From Staphylococcus phage LY01, in sequence record OR836606.1: a stretch of 64,000 bases of DNA; one strand, written 5' to 3'. The position numbers and the translations under genes were made by a program. The notes below the pieces were generated by a model. It was given only the letters and a program-made list of their open reading frames with translations. It was not told the DNA's origin and searched no databases. Shown in pieces: positions 10,970 through 20,405 of this stretch (positions within the stretch are counted from its first letter, which is position 1; each line of letters opens with the position of its first letter).

Positions 10970-11821
10970 ATGTTACAAAATCAATCATTCGAAACTACTA
11001 TTTTAGAAGAGCAATTGTCTACTTCTGAAAATGAACTTATGGTATTGGAAGAGTTCAATGCTTTAAATGAAGCGGTAGAAACACAAGAAAAAGATGGAAA
11101 AAGTCTTGGTGTTAAAGCTAAAGAATTTTTCATTAAAGTTATTAAGGCTATTAAAGAAGCTCTTAAAAAATTTATGAATTTCTTTGTTGATGCTTTCAAT
11201 AAATTATTCTCTCGTTTCAATAAAATTGAAGAATACATTAAACAATCAAAATTAGAAGGCACTGTAGATAAAGAAAAACAAGAAGAAGCATTTGTATTAT
11301 TAGCTAAGAAAGTTAACGTAAAAGCTTTCAACCCTGGTAATGCTAATATTGAAAAATCTGAACAAGAAATTAATCATTTACAATCTTTGCTTGGTTCAGA
11401 GAAGAGCGCTTCAAATTCTATTTATGATGCTAGAATTTTAAAAGATAAAGCTTCAGTGGAAAGCGCTATGAAAGATTCTCGTGTAAATATGAATGTTATT
11501 AAAAGCGCTGCTAAAAGTATTCAACAAGGTGCTAAATCTGTAGAAGCTAGTGCAAAAGAAGGTATCCAAGCTTCTGGTAAAGATAATAAAGAATTAATTA
11601 AACAAAAACAAGCAGAAACTAAACTTAAAAATAAAGGTGTAGCTGTTGCTCGTAGATTTGCTTCATTGGCTATTAGTAATAACAATGAAGTATTAGTTAA
11701 ATCTTATAAAGTAGCTAAAGCTATTTCTTCTCAAAATAAAGCTTCACAAAAAGCTGGTAACAAAGCTGTAAAAGCTCAAAATAAAGATGCTGACAAAAAA
11801 GCTAAAGCTATGAATGCTTAA
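10970..11821 (+). CDS. hypothetical K/A-rich coiled-coil protein; paralogous N-terminal region with the 11914..12648 gene
   Basis: Shared block KEFFIKVIKAIKEALKKFMNFF / KDFFQTIKEFFLNILSLIKNGLVKFMKFF. Confidence 0.45.
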   Translation: MLQNQSFETTILEEQLSTSENELMVLEEFNALNEAVETQEKDGKSLGVKAKEFFIKVIKAIKEALKKFMNFFVDAFNKLFSRFNKIEEYIKQSKLEGTVDKEKQEEAFVLLAKKVNVKAFNPGNANIEKSEQEINHLQSLLGSEKSASNSIYDARILKDKASVESAMKDSRVNMNVIKSAAKSIQQGAKSVEASAKEGIQASGKDNKELIKQKQAETKLKNKGVAVARRFASLAISNNNEVLVKSYKVAKAISSQNKASQKAGNKAVKAQNKDADKKAKAMNA

Positions 11822-11843
11822 TATAAAATTTCTATGATATATA

Positions 11844-11877
11844 GGACCTAATACTCTTAATAATAGGGTATTAGGTC
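11844..11877 (+). terminator. palindromic terminator GGACCTAATAC-TCTTAATAATAGG-GTATTAGGTC + T-run
   Basis: Stem-loop plus TTTTTATTTTT. Confidence 0.5.
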
Positions 11878-11913
11878 TTTTTATTTTTAATAAAGAAAGG
11901 AGAAAGATTCTTC

Positions 11914-12648
11914 TTGTTAGAAAATAAAGATTATAATAATGAATTCTTAAAGGAAGAAATTGAAATTGTAAATGAATCATTAAAATTTAATATTGAATTA
12001 AATAATCTAAATGAATCTCCTGTTAAAGATTTCTTTCAAACTATTAAAGAATTTTTCCTAAATATACTGTCATTAATTAAGAATGGGTTAGTTAAATTTA
12101 TGAAGTTCTTTAATACTAATTTTAATAGAATTACAATTAAAACTAAATCCACACTTAAGAAAATTAAAAAGAATAAAGAAAAAATAAATAGTGTAATGAG
12201 TAAACTTTCAGGACCAGCTTCAGTATTTAGTATATGGAAAGCTACTGATTTAAGAAAGTATGAAAATACTTTAAATTATGCTGGCCACGATAGTTTCTCA
12301 ATGAAATATCATGACTTTGAAAAAGAATTAGAAGAAAATAATCATTATTTAGAAATACCATTAACAATGTCTATTGATTTAGAATATGTTGTTAGTAAAT
12401 CATTTGAACAGTTTAATGAAGCTAAATCATTTGCTAAATCATTTAAAATTTCAGCAGATACAATGAAATCCGCTTCAGAGACTTCAATTAAATTTGCTAA
12501 TAAAGAAATTGAAGAAGAAAAAATAAGAGAAAATCAAAGAATGGTTAATGATCTTAATAAACTTAATGTACTTTATAGAAAAGTAGTTAACAACGCTATG
12601 AAAAGTCATGTAGACGTATTAAACGATGTTCAAAAATACATTGATTAA
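11914..12648 (+). CDS. hypothetical protein, paralog of the 10970..11821 gene
   Basis: See the paralog entry above. Confidence 0.45.
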   Translation: MLENKDYNNEFLKEEIEIVNESLKFNIELNNLNESPVKDFFQTIKEFFLNILSLIKNGLVKFMKFFNTNFNRITIKTKSTLKKIKKNKEKINSVMSKLSGPASVFSIWKATDLRKYENTLNYAGHDSFSMKYHDFEKELEENNHYLEIPLTMSIDLEYVVSKSFEQFNEAKSFAKSFKISADTMKSASETSIKFANKEIEEEKIRENQRMVNDLNKLNVLYRKVVNNAMKSHVDVLNDVQKYID

Positions 12649-12657
12649 TAATTTTTT

Positions 12658-12690
12658 ATCCCAATACCTATTAACATTAGGTATTGGGAT
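12658..12690. terminator. bidirectional terminator ATCCCAATACC-TATTAACATTA-GGTATTGGGAT
   Basis: Perfect 11-bp stem between convergent genes. A near-identical copy occurs at 45284..45316. Confidence 0.6.
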
Positions 12691-13951
12691 TATTTTTATC
12701 GTTCTTAATAAATGTGTGATCAGTTATCTTTCTTAATGTAATATAATTTGATAAGACTAAGGCTTTATTTGCATTTTTATATTCTTGATTTATTGATAAT
12801 AATTCATAAAAACCGTTATAGTGTTTATAATATTCATTAAAGAATTCTATATCAAATTGCTTGAAAGTATCTTCCATAGTTAAATCAATATCATTTAATT
12901 GTATCTTTAATATTATATCTTTACTATTATTAAATTCTTTCTCTAAACTATAAGGATTATCATAAATATCATCATATACTTTAACTTTATTAATATGTCC
13001 ATTTCTATCTTCCATATCTCGGCGATATGTATTTAATTTAGTATATTCTGTTTCATTACTCATTCCAAATAAGTTAATTTCTGAACCAATTAGTTCATTA
13101 AATAGCCTTGTATTATCTACTAAAGATACATTATTAATTTTTGTTATTATATTTTTATTTCTAACTAAGTCATTTTCTTCAGATATTTGCTCGTAAGAAC
13201 CTTCTATAATTTCCTCATTAGTCTGATTTGAAGGGAATCTTATTTCTATTTTAACTTTACCTATTTCATTAGGATCAAATCCAGACATTGGTAAAATGTT
13301 CAGTCCTGTCTCATGATTAAACATCTTAATTTCTCTATTATATATGCCATATACGTCATCAATGAATTTTATATTATCATATACATTTGCAGGAAGCAGT
13401 ATAATCTGTTCGTATATTTTATTATTATCTATCTCGTGCAAGTATATTTTTCTATTTTTTAAATTACTTAGTAAATCAACAACCACTTCACTAACAGTAC
13501 AATTATTATAGATACCTGAAACTATAGGTTTGTTAGTTTTTAAAGTTTCTTCAGATATAGCAACTAATTCATATCTATCAAATAAATGTTTTTGATCTTC
13601 ATCAGTTCTAGTTACTCTATCATCATAATTAACTGGATTACTTAGATCCATTAACGGTTTTAGTATTATTTCTTCGTAAAAAGGAACGGATAAACTTTCG
13701 CTTTCAGAATCAGTAGTAATCATATCTGAAGCAAAAGAAAATACCACTTTATCTCTATCTTTATTAATTTTAATTATAGTTTCTTTAGGTAATCTTAATA
13801 TAAATCTATAGTATGGCATAATATATTCTTGGAAATTCATTTCTATTCTAGATCTTTTAATAAATTGAGATAAGTCATCAGTAGTTCCATCTGAATATAA
13901 TGCTATCAATTTTATATTAAATATTTTTTTGGTAATCAAGCTTTCTATCAA
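12677..13951 (-). CDS. hypothetical protein
   Basis: 424-aa ORF. Confidence 0.45.
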   Translation of the reverse strand: MIESLITKKIFNIKLIALYSDGTTDDLSQFIKRSRIEMNFQEYIMPYYRFILRLPKETIIKINKDRDKVVFSFASDMITTDSESESLSVPFYEEIILKPLMDLSNPVNYDDRVTRTDEDQKHLFDRYELVAISEETLKTNKPIVSGIYNNCTVSEVVVDLLSNLKNRKIYLHEIDNNKIYEQIILLPANVYDNIKFIDDVYGIYNREIKMFNHETGLNILPMSGFDPNEIGKVKIEIRFPSNQTNEEIIEGSYEQISEENDLVRNKNIITKINNVSLVDNTRLFNELIGSEINLFGMSNETEYTKLNTYRRDMEDRNGHINKVKVYDDIYDNPYSLEKEFNNSKDIILKIQLNDIDLTMEDTFKQFDIEFFNEYYKHYNGFYELLSINQEYKNANKALVLSNYITLRKITDHTFIKNDKNNPNT

Positions 13952-14057
13952 TTTTTAATTCACCGACTTCCCGATACTTATTATTATAAGTGAATGTTAC
14001 TAGGTAATATCAATTTTTATAAAATTACAAATTAATATATAATTATATATTATAACA

Positions 14058-15218
14058 ATGAAAGGATGTGAAATGCATATGGATATTAGTATAATAGAAC
14101 GTATAATAAACTCTAAAAAATTAAATTATAATAAAATGACTGAATTAGTTAGACCTTATGTAGAAGGAGGTAGATTTGGTAGTAACACTAAAAATGATAA
14201 TGTAACTATATATGTAGACTTAAATTCAGTTATTAAACAATTATATTCACCTCAAATTGCTGAAAGTTTTACACATGTGAAAACTAAAGATAGACTAAAT
14301 TTAGTTGTCGAATTAGTTAATATAATAGGTCATTATCGTCATTTCTTTGCTAGTAGATTAAATATGCATAGCAGATTCTTCTTATTCTATTCAGATAAAG
14401 AGTCTATATATCATACTAACATTGATAAAGATTATAAAAAAGAATATTATAAAAAAATGAATAAAGATAATATAACTTACAGAGATGTTAATAAGACTAT
14501 TAAATCGACTTTAGAATTAGTTAAAACGATAGTTAAATATATACCTAACGCATATTTTATAGATACGTATAAAATAGAGCCGACTATATTACCTTATTAT
14601 ATTTTATCTAAAACTAATATTGAAAACAATGATGATTATTCATTAATAGTTAGTAATGATAAAATATACAGACAGCTATTAAAATATAAAGATAGATTAT
14701 TACTATTAGAACTACGTGGTTCAGAGAAAAGTAAAGTAATAACTAAAGAGAATATTAAAGATGAATTATTTAGTTCTAATACTAAAAAAGATATTAACGA
14801 TTTTGTTAATATAGATTACAATATATTAGATTTATATAACTTATTTATGGAACATAAAGATCAAGAATATAAATCAATTCCAAGTTATGGACCTGTATCG
14901 ACTGTGAAATTATTAGATAAAATGATATCTGATTTAAAATTATCTCCTTTAAAAGAATATAATAATGAATCGTCTCTAAGAAAACTATTTGAAAATGAAA
15001 TAAAAGAAGAAAAATTAGAAGAATTAATTAATAGATTTAAATTATTCAATCACCCTCATATAGTTGATGAAATTGATGGAAGTAAAATTCAAAATATATT
15101 ATCATCTCAAATAATAGATTTTAATGACCCTAATGAAATTAAAAGACTTAATGAAGAAATATTTGAAAGAACTTACATTAACATAGATTATTTATTTGAA
15201 GGAGAACTAAATCGATAA
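14058..15218 (+). CDS. hypothetical protein
   Basis: 386-aa ORF with RBS AAAGGATGTGAAATG. Confidence 0.45.
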   Translation: MKGCEMHMDISIIERIINSKKLNYNKMTELVRPYVEGGRFGSNTKNDNVTIYVDLNSVIKQLYSPQIAESFTHVKTKDRLNLVVELVNIIGHYRHFFASRLNMHSRFFLFYSDKESIYHTNIDKDYKKEYYKKMNKDNITYRDVNKTIKSTLELVKTIVKYIPNAYFIDTYKIEPTILPYYILSKTNIENNDDYSLIVSNDKIYRQLLKYKDRLLLLELRGSEKSKVITKENIKDELFSSNTKKDINDFVNIDYNILDLYNLFMEHKDQEYKSIPSYGPVSTVKLLDKMISDLKLSPLKEYNNESSLRKLFENEIKEEKLEELINRFKLFNHPHIVDEIDGSKIQNILSSQIIDFNDPNEIKRLNEEIFERTYINIDYLFEGELNR

Positions 15219-15245
15219 AATTTTCTATGATCCGAAAAAAAAAAT

Positions 15246-15283
15246 ATACCCATACACTCATTAATATAGAGTGTATGGGTATA
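15246..15283. terminator. bidirectional terminator ACCCATACACTC-ATTAATATA-GAGTGTATGGGT
   Basis: 12-bp stem with A-run and T-run on either side, between convergent genes. Confidence 0.6.
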
Positions 15284-15300
15284 TTTTTAATATTTTTTTT

Positions 15301-17034
15301 TTAGTATTGAGAAATAAATTGTGATACTTCAGAGATAAAGTATTTTTTATCGATATCCGCAATAATTTCTTCATCTTCTTCTTTATCTTCAGGAGTAAAG
15401 CTAAATGAATAACCATTTACTAATGCTATACGTAAGATAAAGTTATCTTTTTCAGTAATATCATTAATAAATCTATATTTATCCCAAGCAGCAATATAAT
15501 ATTTATCTGCAATTACATCTAATGACAATTTACCTACATTTTTAGCTTTTGTGCCCGAAACAACTTTACTTGCTACTATTTTTCCTAAAGTTTCCATATT
15601 ATTTTCAATAAGTTCTTTAGACATAATAGCTAGTAATGAAACAATGCTCTTTCTATCATTTGTATTAACGTTAAAGTATTCAGCAAAATAAACTTTAATT
15701 AAATGAGATTGTAAATCATTAATATAATCAAATTTATCATATAAACGATTAATGTAATCATCACTAATATTTAATTCTCTTAAACGTTCATTAATAAATC
15801 TATCAATAGTAATTTTATTGGCTAAATCTAAACGTTCATTAACTTTATGGAAGTTATTCATTTGGAATTTATCAAAACTATCTTCATCATCGTCATCATC
15901 TGTAGATAAACGTATTGATCTAAACTTAATTGGATATTTATATTGAAATTCATAATCGATTGAGAATTTAATAACAGAAGTAAAATAAGATACTGCAGAA
16001 GTATCTACCAATAATTTACATACAATTTGTCGAATGATTTTGTCCATTATTTTATTGATAACAGTATCAGGGTCAATTGAACGTAAATCTAAAAATCTCC
16101 AAATAACTCTATCGTTGTATTTTGTTTTGATTACTTTAGGTTCTACAATCTTATAAAGCTTATTGTTATTACTTACATTGTAATCAAATGAAGAAATACA
16201 CATACAATAATTAAATGCCTTAAAGTAACCATTTTTAGTTCTTTCCTTATCTGCATCTGAATTCTCACAATGATATTTATTAGTAATCACATAATATTGA
16301 CTAATAAATGGGATAATAAATCTTTGCATTACAGCTGCAAATAAAAATGATTTATTTACTTGGTCAGTTACTTGTAAATCTCTCTTAATAACTTTTTTAC
16401 TTTGTAATATAGCTTCAGCATTAGTCTGGTCTAAATTAATTGTATAATTATTATCAACAATATTTCTAATAATATTTCTTAAATCTTCATCTTCAATAAT
16501 ATTCTGAATATCTTTAAAGAAATCATTTTCTTCATAATTTTCTTTTAATTTAGCTATTTTACTTAATATAGTCGCACCTTTAATCATTATATGAGGAATC
16601 TCATTAACTATAAAATTCATATCATTTACAATATAATCTAAAATACTTTTGTAAGATCTTTGTTTAATTTGAATAGTGAATATAGTATCGAAATCTTTAT
16701 CTTTAGATACTTTACGATTATCAGTTTCTAATATTTTATTGAAGTCTATAAATATAGTATCATTCTTTTCACTTTCAATAAATTTAACTAATGGAAGAAT
16801 ATCTTTCCTTTGTATGTACTCTAATTCAATTTTACCATTTTTATTTTTTCTTTCAAGTGTATCTAGATCTTTAGAATTAATGTATTTATTAGTTAAATCA
16901 AAATTACCAGAAACTCTTTTAAGCTTATTAACATTACTAGATAATAATGGTACTTCTACGTTATTATTAACTAATTTATCAATATTTTTTAAATCTAAAC
17001 CCTCTTTGCGCTCTAATTCTTTAACTTTATTCAA
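15301..17034 (-). CDS. hypothetical protein (577 aa)
   Basis: Long ORF. Confidence 0.45.
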   Translation of the reverse strand: MNKVKELERKEGLDLKNIDKLVNNNVEVPLLSSNVNKLKRVSGNFDLTNKYINSKDLDTLERKNKNGKIELEYIQRKDILPLVKFIESEKNDTIFIDFNKILETDNRKVSKDKDFDTIFTIQIKQRSYKSILDYIVNDMNFIVNEIPHIMIKGATILSKIAKLKENYEENDFFKDIQNIIEDEDLRNIIRNIVDNNYTINLDQTNAEAILQSKKVIKRDLQVTDQVNKSFLFAAVMQRFIIPFISQYYVITNKYHCENSDADKERTKNGYFKAFNYCMCISSFDYNVSNNNKLYKIVEPKVIKTKYNDRVIWRFLDLRSIDPDTVINKIMDKIIRQIVCKLLVDTSAVSYFTSVIKFSIDYEFQYKYPIKFRSIRLSTDDDDDEDSFDKFQMNNFHKVNERLDLANKITIDRFINERLRELNISDDYINRLYDKFDYINDLQSHLIKVYFAEYFNVNTNDRKSIVSLLAIMSKELIENNMETLGKIVASKVVSGTKAKNVGKLSLDVIADKYYIAAWDKYRFINDITEKDNFILRIALVNGYSFSFTPEDKEEDEEIIADIDKKYFISEVSQFISQY

Positions 17035-17110
17035 TATCAGGCACTCTCCTTAAATAATAATTAAGATAAATAAATATTATTTATCATTTATATAATATAT
17101 ATTTAATAAA

Positions 17111-17884
17111 TCATTTTCTTCTTATAGAGTTAGTCTTCTTAACTTTTTTAACTTTGCCTATAGGTTTAACTTTTCTATTAATAGGTTTAGTTACTCTTTT
17201 CTTTTCTTCATTTCTTTTATCAATACGATTACTTATTTGCTTTTTAATACCTGATGAATTTTTCTTAGAAGAATTTTTTTGTTTTTTAATCTTATTATAT
17301 TCACGTAATTTTAATTCTGAAGATTTAAAAGAGCTTTTAATTCTTTGTCTATTAGGCAATGTTAAATGAAGTGGATTTTTTAATGCTTTAGGATTAGTTT
17401 CTAAATATAAAAGTGCAAAATAAACTGATTTCTCAAAACCGTATTCAAGTCTAGGGTTTCTAATTTCTGGAGGTTGATTCAAAGCTTTAGGGCCTAATTT
17501 ATAGCTTAACCAACTTATTAGCAAATCATCTTTATTATATAGATATCCATATGTAAACATAAAGTTAGGTGAATTACTAATAAATCTTATTAAGTAGTTA
17601 TTAAGATCTCTTGATTTAGCTACCTTTTCATTAGGCGGTCTAAATTCAATAATAACATCATACGATAAATTTTCTCTAAAATAGTCTTCTGAAGGTATTT
17701 GGAAATAGAAATAGTATTTATCTTGATACAGGAAGATTTTTAATTTAAAATTTCTTCTATTCTTTTTATAAAGATAAGAAAATCTAGTTCGCATATCTAA
17801 TATGATTCTATCACGTCTAGCTACTGTAGCTGAACCTTTTCCTGTAGGGTTTTTGAGAAATTGAGATGCTGTAAAATTAGTCAA
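17111..17884 (-). CDS. hypothetical protein with strongly basic C-terminal tail
   Basis: K/R-rich C-terminus (KKQKNSSKKNSSGIKKQ...KPIGKVKKVKKTNSIRRK). Confidence 0.4.
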   Translation of the reverse strand: MTNFTASQFLKNPTGKGSATVARRDRIILDMRTRFSYLYKKNRRNFKLKIFLYQDKYYFYFQIPSEDYFRENLSYDVIIEFRPPNEKVAKSRDLNNYLIRFISNSPNFMFTYGYLYNKDDLLISWLSYKLGPKALNQPPEIRNPRLEYGFEKSVYFALLYLETNPKALKNPLHLTLPNRQRIKSSFKSSELKLREYNKIKKQKNSSKKNSSGIKKQISNRIDKRNEEKKRVTKPINRKVKPIGKVKKVKKTNSIRRK

Positions 17885-18012
17885 TTGTGTATAAACCTCC
17901 TACTTAATATATTTTTAATTATAACAAAAAATTAGAAAAAATGCAAATAAAGAATTATAAAAATCTAAATTTATAAAAATAGTTATTAATTTAATATTAC
18001 TCACAAAAATAA

Positions 18013-18044
18013 GCCGAAACCATTATTAATCAAATGGTTTCGGC
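18013..18044 (-). terminator. terminator GCCGAAACCA-TTATTAATCAAA-TGGTTTCGGC downstream of the chaperonin-like gene
   Basis: 10-bp GC-containing stem located immediately past the stop of the 18054..19805 gene. Confidence 0.55.
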
Positions 18045-18053
18045 GATAAGCTT

Positions 18054-19805
18054 TTATTGTGGAATAATAACTGAATTAGTTAAGAATTGATTGCTTAGTG
18101 AAATCAATCCTATAATACTAATAGTTGTTTCTAATATTTTGATATCTGTTTCTACTGAGTTAATGATATCTGTATTATTATCATCTTCATATTCATTATT
18201 TTTAATATTCAATATAGCATCTTTATCTATACAAGTTTGAGTAATTGATTCAATTTCTCCCGGACTAAATCTATTAAAATTTTCTAATACTTTATGGTAA
18301 ACTTCCCTTGAAGATACATCAATTAAATCTAATGTTAAGTTATCTAAAGTACTTAAAACTTCTCTATTAATATTTTTAATAACTTTATTTACTGATAAGT
18401 TTCCTCCAGATACATAACCATATTCTAACGCAGATTTAGAAGCATGTACTGAATCTTCTACTAGATATAATCTAGAAGTTTTTTCTGCTTGAGAAGAACC
18501 ACCAACGTATAATTTAGCAATAGCATTATTTAAAGAATTTGCTCTTTTTTGTAAATCAGTAATAGATGTAATGGCTTGATCTGAATTCATATCTTTATAA
18601 TAAGTTATTTCATTATTAATTTCTGAAATTCTATCTTTAAGTTTTTGAGTACCGTTACCATAACCATTGATAATTTGCGTTTTAAAATTATCAATAATAA
18701 TTCTTTCAGCTCTACCGATCATATTTTCTTTAAATAATAGCCATTCTGGATTAGTTTCAGGAAGTTCTACAATAGACTCAATTTCTTTATAAAAATCTTC
18801 TTTTTCCATAGTTTTATCAATAATAGATCCACCTGTATAAATAGCTAAATCTTCTAATTTTTCTGGGTCATGATAATGAGAGCCAATAGATAATTCAAAG
18901 TCAGTTTCAACTGCTTTTAATGAACCATTGTTTCTATTAGCATATAAATTATTTTTAATATAGTCTTTAAACTCTTTAGAAAAAGATGGAGCAAAGAAAA
19001 TTAATCCTTGTCCTGAGAAAGGTTTAATTTTAGCAATAATATTTGATGTCCATTCAATATCTTCTTCAGTTAGTTTATCATTAACAACAACTACATAAGG
19101 TTTACTAAAATCAACTGAATGATCATCTTTATTATTAATTAATTTATTGTCCAATAATGCATGTGGGGTTTCAATACCTCTAGTTAAAGTATAATGATCT
19201 TCTTCATTATCAGAAACTTCAGGGAATATAAAACCTTTACTGCCAATTTTAGAGAAAATTTCGTAAACCATTTCCCCTAATTTTTCATCATTATTATTAG
19301 ATACTGTAGCGATATTTTTTAATTTATGGAAATTATTTTGATCGATTTTAGTGGATTTTGAAATCAACTCTTTAGAAATTAATTCTTTCATGTTATTTAA
19401 TGAATCTGAAATTTCTTTACGTGAATATCCGCCTAAATCGTCTTTTTCTTTTAGTCTTCTATTAATTTCTTTAAACATGGCTTGTGAGTTAATTACTGAT
19501 GAAGTTGATCCATCTCCCACTGATTTAACTAATGATAAAGATACTTCTTTAATGAAATTCAAAATAGCTGTAGCGATTGTATCTTGAAATCTAATATTTT
19601 TTAGAATATTATAACCATCTTTAGTTACATATCTACTAATACCATCATCAAAAATAGTTGTAGAACCAAAATATCCTAATGATTTCATTAAAGTATTTGA
19701 AATAGTATCAATAGTTAACTCAGCAATATCTTTATACGAATCTTCATCTACAATATTTGAAACTAATTTTTTCTTTTCTTTATTCTTATCTAACATTCCC
19801 TTCAA
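18054..19805 (-). CDS. GroEL/Cpn60-like chaperonin
   Basis: The N-terminal region aligns by eye to the GroEL equatorial domain. The nucleotide-binding signature appears as VGDGSTSSVINSQAMF (cf. GroEL AGDGTTTATVLAQA). Size is ~580 aa. Confidence 0.55.
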   Translation of the reverse strand: MKGMLDKNKEKKKLVSNIVDEDSYKDIAELTIDTISNTLMKSLGYFGSTTIFDDGISRYVTKDGYNILKNIRFQDTIATAILNFIKEVSLSLVKSVGDGSTSSVINSQAMFKEINRRLKEKDDLGGYSRKEISDSLNNMKELISKELISKSTKIDQNNFHKLKNIATVSNNNDEKLGEMVYEIFSKIGSKGFIFPEVSDNEEDHYTLTRGIETPHALLDNKLINNKDDHSVDFSKPYVVVVNDKLTEEDIEWTSNIIAKIKPFSGQGLIFFAPSFSKEFKDYIKNNLYANRNNGSLKAVETDFELSIGSHYHDPEKLEDLAIYTGGSIIDKTMEKEDFYKEIESIVELPETNPEWLLFKENMIGRAERIIIDNFKTQIINGYGNGTQKLKDRISEINNEITYYKDMNSDQAITSITDLQKRANSLNNAIAKLYVGGSSQAEKTSRLYLVEDSVHASKSALEYGYVSGGNLSVNKVIKNINREVLSTLDNLTLDLIDVSSREVYHKVLENFNRFSPGEIESITQTCIDKDAILNIKNNEYEDDNNTDIINSVETDIKILETTISIIGLISLSNQFLTNSVIIPQ

Positions 19806-19813
19806 ACCTCACT

Positions 19814-20107
19814 TTATACAATTGAAATTCTTATACTATTTTTGTTGTCTTCAAATTTTAAATTTTTCATATATGAAACTTTTTCTTTTAATTTTTCTTT
19901 ATCTTCTGTTTCTAAAATAATGTAATCAAATTCATTATAGTTTTTAGAAAATCCTTCTTTAATTTTATAATCTACGTCATATAAAAGATTTACAAACAAT
20001 AAACCTTTATCAGAATGGCATAGAGATGATAGAATATTTTCATCATCTTCAACAAGAGAATCATAAATATGAAGGATTTTCTGACTATCTTTAGTATTAG
20101 TAACCAA
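19814..20107 (-). CDS. hypothetical protein (97 aa), TTG start
   Basis: Short ORF directly downstream of the 20.1-21.9 kb gene, with RBS AAAGGAG. Confidence 0.35.
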   Translation of the reverse strand: MVTNTKDSQKILHIYDSLVEDDENILSSLCHSDKGLLFVNLLYDVDYKIKEGFSKNYNEFDYIILETEDKEKLKEKVSYMKNLKFEDNKNSIRISIV

Positions 20108-20405
20108 TCAATAGTCAGCTCCTTTCATTTTTTTTATCCACCAGGATTTAAGTGTCTCGGTAGTTCTACTTTAGGCATTCCATTATTAAAATCTCTTCTT
20201 TGAGCAGATTCTAATTTTTGTTGTTGCATACGTTTATTCTTCATTTCTTTTTCTTTAGCTTTAACCATAGAATTTAATATATTTAATTCCATATTAAGAA
20301 TTTCATTAAAAGATAAACGTCCTTCAAATAAATCAAGCAGATATGCTATATACGCTGCATCATCAAAGACCTTCTTTTTATACTGCTTGGAGTTGGTCGT
20401 TGTTA

